The translations under genes were made by a program, and so were the position numbers. The notes under the pieces were generated by a model that saw nothing but the letters and a program-made list of their open reading frames with translations, made no database searches and was not told the origin of the DNA. From positions 1-53,583 of IMG/VR virus record IMGVR_UViG_3300011335_000440: 53,583 bases of DNA; one strand, written 5' to 3'. Source of the DNA: a virus (lineage: Duplodnaviria; Caudoviricetes). Positions 18,513 through 27,393 of the stretch are shown here, one piece after another. Each line of letters starts with the position of its first letter. Positions within the stretch are counted from its first letter, which is position 1.

Positions 18513-19141
18513 TTGCAAGGGCCGCCATTGTCTTTTCTGAAGTGGCACCACTTGCAACCATACTCTGGCCGTGGCGCAAAAATGGTGTCTTTTTCGATGC
18601 GGTAAATGCGATTGTCAATCCACAGCTTTAAACTAGGAAACTCTTTGCGAGTGATGACGTCATACGACTGCATCTTCTTAAGGTCCACATACACGATGTC
18701 AAGATTGACTGTTTGCACTTCAGGGTATGCCGCAAGCACCAATGCTGCGTAAAGCTTCAGTTGCTCTTCATAGAAGCGTTCCTTGCCTGTTTTCCAATCA
18801 GCAATGTAGGCTGCAGTGCCATCAATGGTGAAAATATCGAGGATGCCGCGTAGCCACGCATCAGGGTCGGAAAAACTGCAAGGCGACCAATCGCGTTTAA
18901 TGCCAAGCTCAAGCTCAGGCTGCACTTTTTTTGACTTCAGCAACTCAACGTAGTCATGCCAATACGTCAATTCAGGTGAAAGAAGCGTAAGGCCTATGAG
19001 TGACTTTTCAAGCTCTGCATGGATTTGCTTACCACGCTCAGCAGCATCGCCTGAAGGCTCTTTGAGATGCATGATGCGTATGAATTTGTACTTTGCAGGG
19101 CACTGCTCATAGAGCTTTATGCTTGAATGTGAAAGGCTCAT
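18506..19141 (-). CDS. PD-(D/E)XK Cas4/RecB-like exonuclease
   Basis: SHSSI..YEQCP, G..IH, RGILD, ADWKTG, QL.LY, C-terminal CKWC..C. Confidence 0.85.
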   Translation of the reverse strand: MSLSHSSIKLYEQCPAKYKFIRIMHLKEPSGDAAERGKQIHAELEKSLIGLTLLSPELTYWHDYVELLKSKKVQPELELGIKRDWSPCSFSDPDAWLRGILDIFTIDGTAAYIADWKTGKERFYEEQLKLYAALVLAAYPEVQTVNLDIVYVDLKKMQSYDVITRKEFPSLKLWIDNRIYRIEKDTIFAPRPEYGCKWCHFRKDNGGPCKW

Positions 19142-20955
19142 TTTGTTTCCTGATAGTTATTGCCAACCTTGTAGTCACTGATCATCGGTACGTCCATAGC
19201 CAAGGCGTTGCACATGGACCACATTAGGCATTCAGCCTCACGCTCAATAGCATCAACCGGTGCTGAGATCACCAGCTCATCATGCACACTGAGTAGCAAC
19301 CTACTACCTTGCCGCTTTTTTTGGTACAGTAGCATTGCAGCCTTGGCCTGATCAGCCGCTGAGCCTTGAATCAACAGATTCACGCCCTTATAGTCAAACT
19401 CACGGCGGCGGCCATTGATGACTTTAGGCGGCTCCATTTTGACCAGCCGGCCGCCTACTGTTTTAAGTGGCTGCCCCAGCTTGTAGCGTTGCCGCATGGT
19501 TGCCTGCATGTCTTTGAGACCTGGCGCCACAGCTGTGGTGTATGCATCCACGAGTGTCTTGGCCATCTCAAAATCTACGCCTAACATGTCTGCAATCTTG
19601 GTGGGGCCTGCGCCGTACAGAATCGCAAAAGACACACCTTTTGAGTAAGTTCTTGACACCTCACGGCCAATGGCTTGGGTCATCATCTCAGCTGCGTAAG
19701 TATGCAGATCAGCACGGGCATCGGCTTGGTACTGCTTCATCAGGTTGCCACCTTCAAAGTGCGCAAAGATTCTGAGCTCCTGTGCATTGAAATCGCATGC
19801 CACCAGCTTGTGGCCTTCATCTGCCAAGATGAAGCTACGTATCAGTGGCAAGGGGGACACCGAAAGCTCTGGTGGTATATCCACCTTTGGGTAGCGAATG
19901 GGGGCATTCTGGAAGTTCGGAGTGCTACTGAGCCTGCCTGTCCGTGTGCCACCTCGTTCACCCCTGACGCTATTCCAATTGGTGTAGATACGACCGGTGG
20001 TTGCGGATGCTTCCAGCCACGAATCGATGAACGTTGATAGGCATGTTGACAAGTTGGCGCGGTACCTAAGGACATCCTTGAGATGGTGGTGCGTTAGCAT
20101 CTCTTTGAAAGCTTCAGTGGTAGCTTGTAGCTGGCCTTTGTCGGTTGCGGGCCAGACTTTACTTTTGTCCCAGAGCTCAGATTGATAAATACTTTCGACC
20201 AGCTGTTGGTCGCTATCAACATTCAATTCAGGAGACCCTAACAATGCGCGAACCCAAACGTTACATGCCTCAATGTCTTTTACTGCTTGTGCTTGTGCAG
20301 CAAGCAAGCCTTCACGATCTACACGTACGCCTAGACTTGAGTTCTCAAGCAGCATCGGTATCAGTTCAATCTCACGCTGATAGGCAACGAGCTGATCGGG
20401 CAAAACCTTCTCAGCCAAAAACTCGTAAAGCTGTGAAGTAAGCCGGACATCAGCCTTGGCGTAGCGGCCTACCAACTCGGTGGGGCCTTTGCAAATGTAG
20501 GCACCCCAGGTGGATTTCTTTTTCTTGGCCTCAGGCACATTCTCAATGATCCATGCCTTAAGCTCATCGCGCTCTTCAGGCTCTGCAATGCCCCATTCGA
20601 CAACCAAGTCTTTTAGGGAAAGAGACCTAACATGCGGATCAAATAGAAAAGCAAGAATAAGGGTATCATGCACACGCCGATGATCAGGCATAGATAGCCC
20701 AAAATGAACGTCAATGACATCAGCATCGAACATAGCGTTATGAAAGCACATATCACGCTCACCAGCATAGATCTTAGAAAGTAAAGCATGCACTTCATCC
20801 TTTGTGCTGTTGTTGTTATGCAGGTGGTCAAAAGCGTAGTACCCATCAGGCACCTCGCCTTCAGGGTCAAAGACAGCAAGGCCTACCGGTTTTGGCGGGT
20901 ACTTAGGCCTTGCTTCAATGCCTTCAGTTTCAAAGTCAAGAAAGATGGGTTTCAT
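19138..20955 (-). CDS. polA: family A DNA polymerase with 3'-5' exonuclease domain
   Basis: DFET, HNAMFD, TGRLSS.PNFQN, DFNAQELR, K...FAILYG, IQGSAAD, VHDE. Confidence 0.95.
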   Translation of the reverse strand: MKPIFLDFETEGIEARPKYPPKPVGLAVFDPEGEVPDGYYAFDHLHNNNSTKDEVHALLSKIYAGERDMCFHNAMFDADVIDVHFGLSMPDHRRVHDTLILAFLFDPHVRSLSLKDLVVEWGIAEPEERDELKAWIIENVPEAKKKKSTWGAYICKGPTELVGRYAKADVRLTSQLYEFLAEKVLPDQLVAYQREIELIPMLLENSSLGVRVDREGLLAAQAQAVKDIEACNVWVRALLGSPELNVDSDQQLVESIYQSELWDKSKVWPATDKGQLQATTEAFKEMLTHHHLKDVLRYRANLSTCLSTFIDSWLEASATTGRIYTNWNSVRGERGGTRTGRLSSTPNFQNAPIRYPKVDIPPELSVSPLPLIRSFILADEGHKLVACDFNAQELRIFAHFEGGNLMKQYQADARADLHTYAAEMMTQAIGREVSRTYSKGVSFAILYGAGPTKIADMLGVDFEMAKTLVDAYTTAVAPGLKDMQATMRQRYKLGQPLKTVGGRLVKMEPPKVINGRRREFDYKGVNLLIQGSAADQAKAAMLLYQKKRQGSRLLLSVHDELVISAPVDAIEREAECLMWSMCNALAMDVPMISDYKVGNNYQETK

Positions 20956-21218
20956 TGCATGAAGTATTTAAGACGTGGATAGCATTGCACGTCAATGACA
21001 ATGTCGGACATCAATCCGGAGACAAGGCGTTTTGAGGTAATAGGTACAGCACGCATGTTGCTGCCCTCACACTCATGAATTGCATTGATGACCTCATTGC
21101 GGCTCATTTGCTGAACCCTAGGGTCAACCATCAATATCACTTCAGGAGGTGAAGGCGGCATAATGGTGTTGCATGCAGCGACAGGTATGGCGCACAAAAG
21201 ACAGACTATCTTTTTCAT
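20952..21218 (-). CDS. small putative lipoprotein
   Basis: MKK + hydrophobic core + VAAC lipobox. Confidence 0.6.
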   Translation of the reverse strand: MKKIVCLLCAIPVAACNTIMPPSPPEVILMVDPRVQQMSRNEVINAIHECEGSNMRAVPITSKRLVSGLMSDIVIDVQCYPRLKYFMQ

Positions 21219-21235
21219 TGCATGCACCTTTGTTG

Positions 21236-22003
21236 TTAGAACCGAGTCGACTGAGTTGCAGGTGCGGCGGCTTCACCCTCATCGCCTTCTTGTATGCCTG
21301 CAGATTCGATTGCCTTAGTTGCCTCAATGGCGCCACGCTTCATCAAAGCCTGCAATACTGCAGAATCCTCAATGGCCTTGACCATGGTGAAGTTAACCTT
21401 GAATTGCGTCTTGGCATCAGGCACCACGGCAATCTCAGTGATGACACCCAGTGTAGGGCGGCGCAAAGTTGCGGCAATGGTTTGGATGTAAGTGGCGTAG
21501 TTGCGCAGGCTGGTAACAGGTGGGCGCAATGCTGCAACCTCAGCAGCTTCAACAGCCGCAGCCGAGCCAATGCTATCTGCGGGAATGACCAGCAGGCGGC
21601 GTGTCTCACGGCAAGCTTTGCCTTTGCCACCGCTGGTAGAACTACCCCATTCATTCTTGGCACAACCTTCGCATGTTGCGTTCTCAGGAGCCTCGACACT
21701 GGCAACGGGGCCCATGCCAATGGCGCTTACAGAGATTGCAAAGCACTTAGGCGGGGTGGCCTTGGTTGCGTCGTACCGCGAGTCATAGTACAGGCGCTCG
21801 ATGGGGCCGGCAATGATGACGCATTGCAGTTTGTTGTTGGCCACGGGGTTGCCGCGGTAAGTAAGCACACCGGACTTGGTGGAGAGGAATGCTGTGCCGA
21901 GGGTTGATTGCTCAGCCTTGACGTTTTCCATTGCCATTGCGGCGAGTTGATCTTCGAAGAGAGCCAGTTGGTTCTCAGGGGTGACTGCAGGGGGTTTAGC
22001 CAT
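21236..22003 (-). CDS. conserved replication-module protein (possible ssDNA-binding/annealing protein)
   Basis: AAAGGA RBS; C..C..N.WGS..GKGKAC motif; acidic C-tail ending in F; upstream of polymerase. Confidence 0.55.
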   Translation of the reverse strand: MAKPPAVTPENQLALFEDQLAAMAMENVKAEQSTLGTAFLSTKSGVLTYRGNPVANNKLQCVIIAGPIERLYYDSRYDATKATPPKCFAISVSAIGMGPVASVEAPENATCEGCAKNEWGSSTSGGKGKACRETRRLLVIPADSIGSAAAVEAAEVAALRPPVTSLRNYATYIQTIAATLRRPTLGVITEIAVVPDAKTQFKVNFTMVKAIEDSAVLQALMKRGAIEATKAIESAGIQEGDEGEAAAPATQSTRF

Positions 22004-22032
22004 GATACGGATCCTTTGTAAATAGAAACAAG

Positions 22033-22404
22033 TTACGAGTTTTTGCGACGGATGCTAATTTCCCAAGAACTGGTCGCAACAGTTCCCGGTATTTCTTTGC
22101 CAGCTTCCCAACGCTCGCGGATAGCTGCCGAAGACAATCGTTTGTGGAGCAACTCGAACTCGCCGGTTTGCGCCACGTGTTTGTAAAAAGCGTCCCAATC
22201 AGTGATGGCAGGATGCGTGACCTTTTTCATGCTGCATGAAGCCTTATCAGACGCTGCCTGTGAGATGCCTGTATTGGCCATTTGCTCCATGATGTCAGCC
22301 TCAATAGCTGCCAGCTTTTCGTTGCATTGCTTGACCTGCTCTGCCAGATCTTCCTTAGCAGCTTTGACTTCTACAAAGCGGTCGATGAGTTCACTAATTT
22401 TCAT
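22033..22404 (-). CDS. conserved hypothetical coiled-coil protein
   Basis: DWDAFY...LLHKRLS...IPG motif; ATGA overlap. Confidence 0.6.
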   Translation of the reverse strand: MKISELIDRFVEVKAAKEDLAEQVKQCNEKLAAIEADIMEQMANTGISQAASDKASCSMKKVTHPAITDWDAFYKHVAQTGEFELLHKRLSSAAIRERWEAGKEIPGTVATSSWEISIRRKNS

Positions 22405-22814
22405 GATGTTGCTTTCTTGTGTGCGTTGAGAATGTTGATGATGCCGGGCTCAGGTGGGTACCAGCCTGCAGGCTTAACCACATCATATTGGTTGCCACGA
22501 ATAGATCGTTGGTAGTCATTGGCAGGCACTTTGGACATATTGCAGTCATGCACCACAGCAAAGATTTCGTCAAGCGGCAGCCCCATTGCATGGGCCATCC
22601 CCATTGTGACGTAGATGAGGTCAGCAAGTGCATCTGCAGCATCGACCAAGGAGCCTTCCTCACAAGCTTTAAGATGCTCTGAGAGCTCCTCCATGATGAA
22701 CCTAGCAAAGTAGCTGGTTTGCTCAGCAGGCAGAAGTTGTGGGTGGTCGCCAATAGGCAGGCCCATCTTGGTGCGAAACTCTTTGACTTTGTCGTACATG
22801 GTGTGATAGCGCAT
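22401..22814 (-). CDS. MazG-like all-alpha NTP pyrophosphohydrolase
   Basis: EELSE...DALADLIYV..G...VH..NMSK...KPAGW; TAATG overlap with upstream gene. Confidence 0.8.
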   Translation of the reverse strand: MRYHTMYDKVKEFRTKMGLPIGDHPQLLPAEQTSYFARFIMEELSEHLKACEEGSLVDAADALADLIYVTMGMAHAMGLPLDEIFAVVHDCNMSKVPANDYQRSIRGNQYDVVKPAGWYPPEPGIINILNAHKKATS

Positions 22815-23335
22815 TACGCGGCCTCTTGGTAAGTGCGGCCTGACCAGAGATCGGACAGCCACATGGGTGGGGGTTTGTTGCCTTTGAAGTACACCATAGG
22901 CATGGTTTGCAGCTTGCTGGCGTAGTACTTACGGTAGGATTCGACATGGTCGGCTGACTTGTAATCATCAGGCATTGCCAATGGCGGAGGCTGCCACAGC
23001 AGAGGCAGTTTGTACATAGCAGGTGGGGCTTGCATAAGCTGGTCGACCAGCACCTGGTGTGACTTGTGCAGCTTAAGGTAGCGCAGTTTGAACTGGCGGC
23101 CAAGTGTTAGGCCGAGCTCAACAACCCAGTCATAGTGGAGCCTGCTTTGACGCACCCAGATTGCACTTGGATGGTTTTTGTGGGTAGGCCTATAGGTTAC
23201 GGCATCGCCATTGTCAAAGTGGTGGTGAGCCGTGGCCAGAAGCTGGCAGGATTCGATAAGCATTTTGCCGACATGCTTGTCGCAATGCATACTGCCGGCA
23301 ATAGTAGGCAGATGGTGGAGATAGAACACATTCAT
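22814..23335 (-). CDS. pyrimidine-dimer DNA glycosylase-like protein
   Basis: MNVFYL...HCDKHV.KM..E..QLL, H.NHPSAIW.R, AMPD.YK, YR.YY motifs. Confidence 0.75.
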   Translation of the reverse strand: MNVFYLHHLPTIAGSMHCDKHVGKMLIESCQLLATAHHHFDNGDAVTYRPTHKNHPSAIWVRQSRLHYDWVVELGLTLGRQFKLRYLKLHKSHQVLVDQLMQAPPAMYKLPLLWQPPPLAMPDDYKSADHVESYRKYYASKLQTMPMVYFKGNKPPPMWLSDLWSGRTYQEAA

Positions 23336-23362
23336 AAATACCTTTCAACAATCAGTACTGCA

Positions 23363-23368
23363 ATTATA
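23363..23368 (-). promoter_or_regulatory. sigma70-type -10 box (TATAAT) upstream of the glycosylase-like gene
   Basis: TTGTATAAT on minus strand ~28 nt before ATG; no clear -35. Confidence 0.45.
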
Positions 23369-23447
23369 CAACAAGAAGGGTAGGGGCGCCGTTACTGCGA
23401 CGCGGTTTATGACAACCGCCGCTGGCCACGCCAGCGCCCCTGAAAAC

Positions 23448-24410
23448 TTATGCCAATGCCAACAGTGCGTCCACGGCTTGATTCTTGATGCTAACGCCGC
23501 CGCCAAACCATGCATTGGCCAGACGAGCATCGCCTGTGCGGGCTGTTTCCCAATCCATTAGTTGCGTCACCGCGTTGAGGGCGCCCCATGCTGTGCCTTT
23601 GGAAGACTCGAGATCAGCACCGATGCCAGCACCATCAAACAATGCCAATGCACGTTGTGCTGCGCGGCTAGGTTTCTTATCGTCACCGCCAAGGAGCTTG
23701 GTGAACACAGCCTGGGCTTGCATGCTAGACACTTTGACACCAGCCAAGAACTTGGCGGTATGCTCAAAGGCTTTGAATGCGTCGTTGATGTTGCCGAGCT
23801 CTGACCTTACGGCAGATGCATTGAACACTGAGTTGTGGCGGACACTAACTTCTGCCTTGCCACGCGCCGAGGCCAGTTGCAATGTGTTATTGCACACAAC
23901 GCGGACAGAGGTGAGACGAGCCTGTGTTGCCAATGAGCCATCAGCCGAAGAAGCCAGCAGCAAGTACTGATTGACTCTGTCACCTGCCAATGCAAACTCA
24001 CCATCCATACGAGCCAAGGCCCAGTAATGGGCGCCGTTGCGCAGAACACCGGCTGTTTCCAGATGGGCAATGTTGCCAATCATATCGCGGAAGAATTCCA
24101 GCATCTCAATGGGCTGCACAATTTTGTACTGGCTAGACACCAGGCCGAGAGGCATGTTGCTGTCGGTGCGGTACATGACTTTCTTGCCGTCATACGCCAT
24201 GGCTGTAGGCTTGTAGCCGTTCCACACTGAAGCGGGCGGGGTGAACTGCACATCGGCTGTAGCCAAGTGGAAGTCAAGGCCGGATTCTTCGGCCCAGGTT
24301 TCAAGGGGTGCGTTGTCGGTCAGTTTCTGACCCAGACCGTGCCAAGGGGTGTCACCCACGTAAGCCATTGCAGCTTTGCCAGTGAGAGTAGTTGCGAGCA
24401 TGTGTGCCAT
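23448..24410 (-). CDS. DUF932-family phage/plasmid protein
   Basis: PWHGLG, LG.VS..Y..VQ, ETAG.L, RVVCNNTL, GTAWGALNAVT motifs. Confidence 0.8.
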   Translation of the reverse strand: MAHMLATTLTGKAAMAYVGDTPWHGLGQKLTDNAPLETWAEESGLDFHLATADVQFTPPASVWNGYKPTAMAYDGKKVMYRTDSNMPLGLVSSQYKIVQPIEMLEFFRDMIGNIAHLETAGVLRNGAHYWALARMDGEFALAGDRVNQYLLLASSADGSLATQARLTSVRVVCNNTLQLASARGKAEVSVRHNSVFNASAVRSELGNINDAFKAFEHTAKFLAGVKVSSMQAQAVFTKLLGGDDKKPSRAAQRALALFDGAGIGADLESSKGTAWGALNAVTQLMDWETARTGDARLANAWFGGGVSIKNQAVDALLALA

Positions 24411-24478
24411 GATAAATGCCTTTCAATAAACAGTAAACAAGTAAGTTAGAGAACCAGTTTGTAGTTGCCTACAGTTAA

Positions 24479-24531
24479 ATTATACAGCTGCTTTTGCAAC
24501 TTTTTCACGTCTTTGCAAAAAAGTTGCAAAA
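24479..24531 (-). promoter_or_regulatory. early promoter (TATAAT at 24484-24479) overlapped by a 14-bp perfect inverted repeat
   Basis: TTTTGCAACTTTTT (24492-24505) / AAAAAGTTGCAAAA (24518-24531). Confidence 0.6.
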
Positions 24532-24534
24532 TTT

Positions 24535-24867
24535 TTACTCTTTTACGTCTTTCAGCCTCCAGCCCTCAAGAATCCTAAGGAGATCACGCCTAAAATTCTT
24601 TCTCAAGACCAACTCGCCAGGCTCGTATTGGCTAATGAACCGCTGAAGAGGGTCCTCAAGACCTTGAAATTCCCTATTGGCTATAGGCAGAGGGTCAGTC
24701 TGGGCTATTTGCATAGGCGGGATGCCGTAGATCTGGTCAGTCAATGGCGCGTCCTTGCCTATGAGCATAGCATCAAGCACGTCATCGATTGTTGCAGGTG
24801 CTTCCGGCTCTTGTGGCTCAGGGGTCACCGTTTCTTGCGCCTTGGTGGTCTTTTTAATGCTTGACAT
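24535..24867 (-). CDS. hypothetical protein
   Basis: GGAGG RBS before ATG 24867. Confidence 0.55.
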   Translation of the reverse strand: MSSIKKTTKAQETVTPEPQEPEAPATIDDVLDAMLIGKDAPLTDQIYGIPPMQIAQTDPLPIANREFQGLEDPLQRFISQYEPGELVLRKNFRRDLLRILEGWRLKDVKE

Positions 24868-25015
24868 TCTGTGCCTCCTGTGCCACCATGATGGCTTGAC
24901 GCCATGCTTCATCCCAAATTGCTTTGGGGTCTTTCAACAACTCCATGGCATTGGCTTGCCCAAGCAGATTGACCCAATCGTCAAATGCTGTTTCCCATTG
25001 ATCTAACGGATTCAT
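24854..25015 (-). CDS. hypothetical protein
   Basis: ATGA-coupled to upstream gene. Confidence 0.5.
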   Translation of the reverse strand: MNPLDQWETAFDDWVNLLGQANAMELLKDPKAIWDEAWRQAIMVAQEAQNVKH

Positions 25016-25263
25016 GCTTTCACTTTCATGTACGGTGGTGGGCAATCTTCCGGCACCTCAACCACGCACCAGATAGCCTCTGGCGGCTTTTGAAACTCCC
25101 CTAAAATCCAACGGTCGATGTAGGTGTCGGCCATTTTACGCAGTGCAGGCCGCGCAACACGATCTGCAATGCCTGAGAGCCTGCAAATCTGCTTTGTCGA
25201 TAGACCATCTGGGTGCTTGCGTAGCAACTCCCTAATGGCGATGTGTTTAAGCGGCTTTCTCAT
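25012..25263 (-). CDS. small HTH-like DNA-binding protein
   Basis: IRELLRKHPDGLSTKQI...L..M.D.YIDRW pattern. Confidence 0.55.
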   Translation of the reverse strand: MRKPLKHIAIRELLRKHPDGLSTKQICRLSGIADRVARPALRKMADTYIDRWILGEFQKPPEAIWCVVEVPEDCPPPYMKVKA

Positions 25264-25423
25264 TTTTCTTCTTTAGCTTCTCAATGTACTGGATTAGGTG
25301 GGCGAGCACCTCCGGCTCCAGTGCCACCACGTTGTTCTCGTGAGGGTTGACTGCCAGCCAAACGGAATAGCCATCAAAACTGGCGTACACACCATCGCCC
25401 AAATAGGTTGATTCGTCATTCAT
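25247..25423 (-). CDS. hypothetical protein
   Basis: YLGDGVYASFDG..WL motif; AGGAG RBS. Confidence 0.55.
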   Translation of the reverse strand: MNDESTYLGDGVYASFDGYSVWLAVNPHENNVVALEPEVLAHLIQYIEKLKKKNEKAA

Positions 25424-26036
25424 CGTTCTTCTCCTTGAGTTTAACCTCTGCCCAACGCGCCCCAGCACGAAATTCTGCGGGAAACCGCATTTCTGCGGGG
25501 AACTTAATTGCGCTGAAATCTTCTGCTGTCAGTCCCACCCACTCGCGCTGTGGTGGGGTGGTTGTCTTGAAGTTTGGCGCTGGTTCTCGCCCCACCCGTG
25601 ACGGTTTAAGCCATGCGTACCCACAAGGCTCCCCAAGCGTTTGCGGATCGTGGCTGCCCATAAAAATTGGAAACGGATTGTCATAGGCCCAATATTCAGG
25701 CTTGCCGTCAACAAAGTTTTTCCATAACCAAAGTTTTACCGGCTCCTGCACTGGTGGGGTTGCCAAGGCTTCTTTGATGGCGGTGATGGCTTTGTGCGTC
25801 AAGTCGAAAGAATCGGACAACGAGTCTTCTTGGTCATCATAGGGGTCTACCTTTTCCAGCAGCGTGAGGTTGATTTTCATTGCCTCAAGCGCCAGCTTCA
25901 ATGCTTCACGCACAGGCTCCTGCGCTGGCTCCTGCAACTTGTCCGCAGCCATTGCTTGCTTAGCCTTAAACCCGCCGCCCCACGCATCCTGTTTCTTTGC
26001 CATTTCGTCGAACGCTTCGTCCTCAGGTGTTTTCAT
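25416..26036 (-). CDS. hypothetical early protein (mosaic QEPV...REWVGLT...AE.KLKEKN type)
   Basis: AAGGA RBS; motifs common in proteobacterial phage early genes. Confidence 0.6.
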   Translation of the reverse strand: MKTPEDEAFDEMAKKQDAWGGGFKAKQAMAADKLQEPAQEPVREALKLALEAMKINLTLLEKVDPYDDQEDSLSDSFDLTHKAITAIKEALATPPVQEPVKLWLWKNFVDGKPEYWAYDNPFPIFMGSHDPQTLGEPCGYAWLKPSRVGREPAPNFKTTTPPQREWVGLTAEDFSAIKFPAEMRFPAEFRAGARWAEVKLKEKNDE

Positions 26037-26187
26037 TTGCTTTTTCCTTTAGGTTATTCGGCAACACCACGGTAGTGAGCGTTACCCTGTCCCCGTCAAC
26101 TATCAACGCAGCAACGGTAATTGCGGCTAGGTTTTTGCCATATATTTTCTTCAGTGCATCCCACACTTTTTGTGCTTCGGTTTTCAT
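26023..26187 (-). CDS. hypothetical protein
   Basis: ATGA-coupled. Confidence 0.45.
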   Translation of the reverse strand: MKTEAQKVWDALKKIYGKNLAAITVAALIVDGDRVTLTTVVLPNNLKEKANENT

Positions 26188-26396
26188 AGCATTCCATTTC
26201 GTAGTGTGATGCAAGTGCCCTCGATCAGGGTGATCGTCGCGTCGCCCTTAGCGGCCATCTTGCGTAGGTTGTCCTTCTGCGCGTCCACCGCGCTGCGGCA
26301 CTGCTGCTCGGATTTGTACCAAATCTGCGCTTGCATGAATTCACAGTTGTTGTTCATGCAGACGAACAGGATCGGTACGAAGATGGTTTGAATCAT
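26184..26396 (-). CDS. small Cys-containing protein with hydrophobic N-terminus
   Basis: ATGA-coupled; C....C, C, C pattern. Confidence 0.5.
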   Translation of the reverse strand: MIQTIFVPILFVCMNNNCEFMQAQIWYKSEQQCRSAVDAQKDNLRKMAAKGDATITLIEGTCITLRNGML

Positions 26397-26521
26397 GCGA
26401 TCAGCCCCCATACAACTGCGCCAATGGTGACCACTAGCAAAAGAAAAAAGCCAATCGCAAGGACTGTCTTCACCATATCGATAAAAAAGTCCCCGCCTGA
26501 GTCTGTATCGTCATCGTTCAT
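26393..26521 (-). CDS. 42-aa single-TM protein
   Basis: Read manually; ATGA overlaps at both ends. Confidence 0.5.
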   Translation of the reverse strand: MNDDDTDSGGDFFIDMVKTVLAIGFFLLLVVTIGAVVWGLIA

Positions 26522-26718
26522 GCTTTGCTTCTTGCTCTAATAGTTGCGGCGCACTCTTCATCCCAAATGTTATGGTTATCAAACAGCTTGGCGCACTCTT
26601 CACGCTCATGCGCGGCTACCAACTTGGAAAACTTTTCCAATTGGGATAATTGCAAATTACTCAATGGCCTCCAAGGTGCTGCTAAATCTGCTTGGTCAGC
26701 AAATTCTTTGATTTTCAT
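26518..26718 (-). CDS. hypothetical protein
   Basis: LVAAHEREECAK...CAATIRAR motif; coupled. Confidence 0.55.
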   Translation of the reverse strand: MKIKEFADQADLAAPWRPLSNLQLSQLEKFSKLVAAHEREECAKLFDNHNIWDEECAATIRARSKA

Positions 26719-26870
26719 TTCTCAGCCCTCCCTTGAAACATCTCCGCGCTCCATGCATCAAGGATACGGGCCTTGGCTTCTTCGCGTTCTTCCGGCGGGA
26801 AGTTTTTTGCAACAACATCCTCCAGTATTTTCCAAAGCGATTCGGACATCTGCTGTGGTGTAAGTATCAT
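26715..26870 (-). CDS. hypothetical protein, 51 aa
   Basis: Read manually; GGAGG RBS; ATGA overlaps. Confidence 0.5.
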   Translation of the reverse strand: MILTPQQMSESLWKILEDVVAKNFPPEEREEAKARILDAWSAEMFQGRAEK

Positions 26871-27088
26871 TTACCCTCCCTCGCGGCAAGCATTGCGTCT
26901 GCCATCATGTAGGCTGTAACGGCAAATTCCCGTTTGGCATCTTTTCTTAAATGGCTATACATGGCAATTAACTCTTGGTCTGCCATGTAAATCTGCATTG
27001 CCCGTCCTGCAAATTCATCACGTATGGTCATGTCCTTTGCATAGCCGCCGTGGACTTCTTTCCATGTGGGTATTTCGTTAAAATTCAT
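26867..27088 (-). CDS. hypothetical protein (MT.RD.FA..AM...AY..ADAML.AR family)
   Basis: Common phage early-gene motif. Confidence 0.6.
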   Translation of the reverse strand: MNFNEIPTWKEVHGGYAKDMTIRDEFAGRAMQIYMADQELIAMYSHLRKDAKREFAVTAYMMADAMLAAREGK

Positions 27089-27393
27089 TGCTTGCTCTCC
27101 TTAATCAGTTTGCGAATGGCTTGTTGCGTGTTATATCGTTCATTAATAGAAAGACCTCCACGCAAACCAATGCCTAGCGCATCACGGCATTCACGCATAA
27201 ACTCTTCGTCTACACCTACGCCGTTCGCATTAGCAATCGTTTTCAAAAAAGTCAGCACTACCCCAGCACCAACAAGCCAGCCAAGCACAAACTTGGCAAA
27301 CTCCAAGCAAAAGTACCAATAGGCCGCAGTGCTTGCGTCACCTGACAATGACCGGATGGTCTCCAGCACCAGTTTCAGTTCTTCAATGTTCAT
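27085..27393 (-). CDS. hypothetical membrane protein
   Basis: AGGAG RBS; central hydrophobic helix. Confidence 0.55.
   Translation of the reverse strand: MNIEELKLVLETIRSLSGDASTAAYWYFCLEFAKFVLGWLVGAGVVLTFLKTIANANGVGVDEEFMRECRDALGIGLRGGLSINERYNTQQAIRKLIKESKQ

Noticed and set aside
21173-21907. Long antisense ORFs here and opposite other genes (e.g. 52141-52782, 47234-47842)
   Set aside because: Shadow frames of well-supported genes, with no RBS or recognisable motifs
23382-23441. tRNA gene
   Set aside because: Too short; lacks TTCRA T-loop, D-loop consensus and a proper anticodon arm
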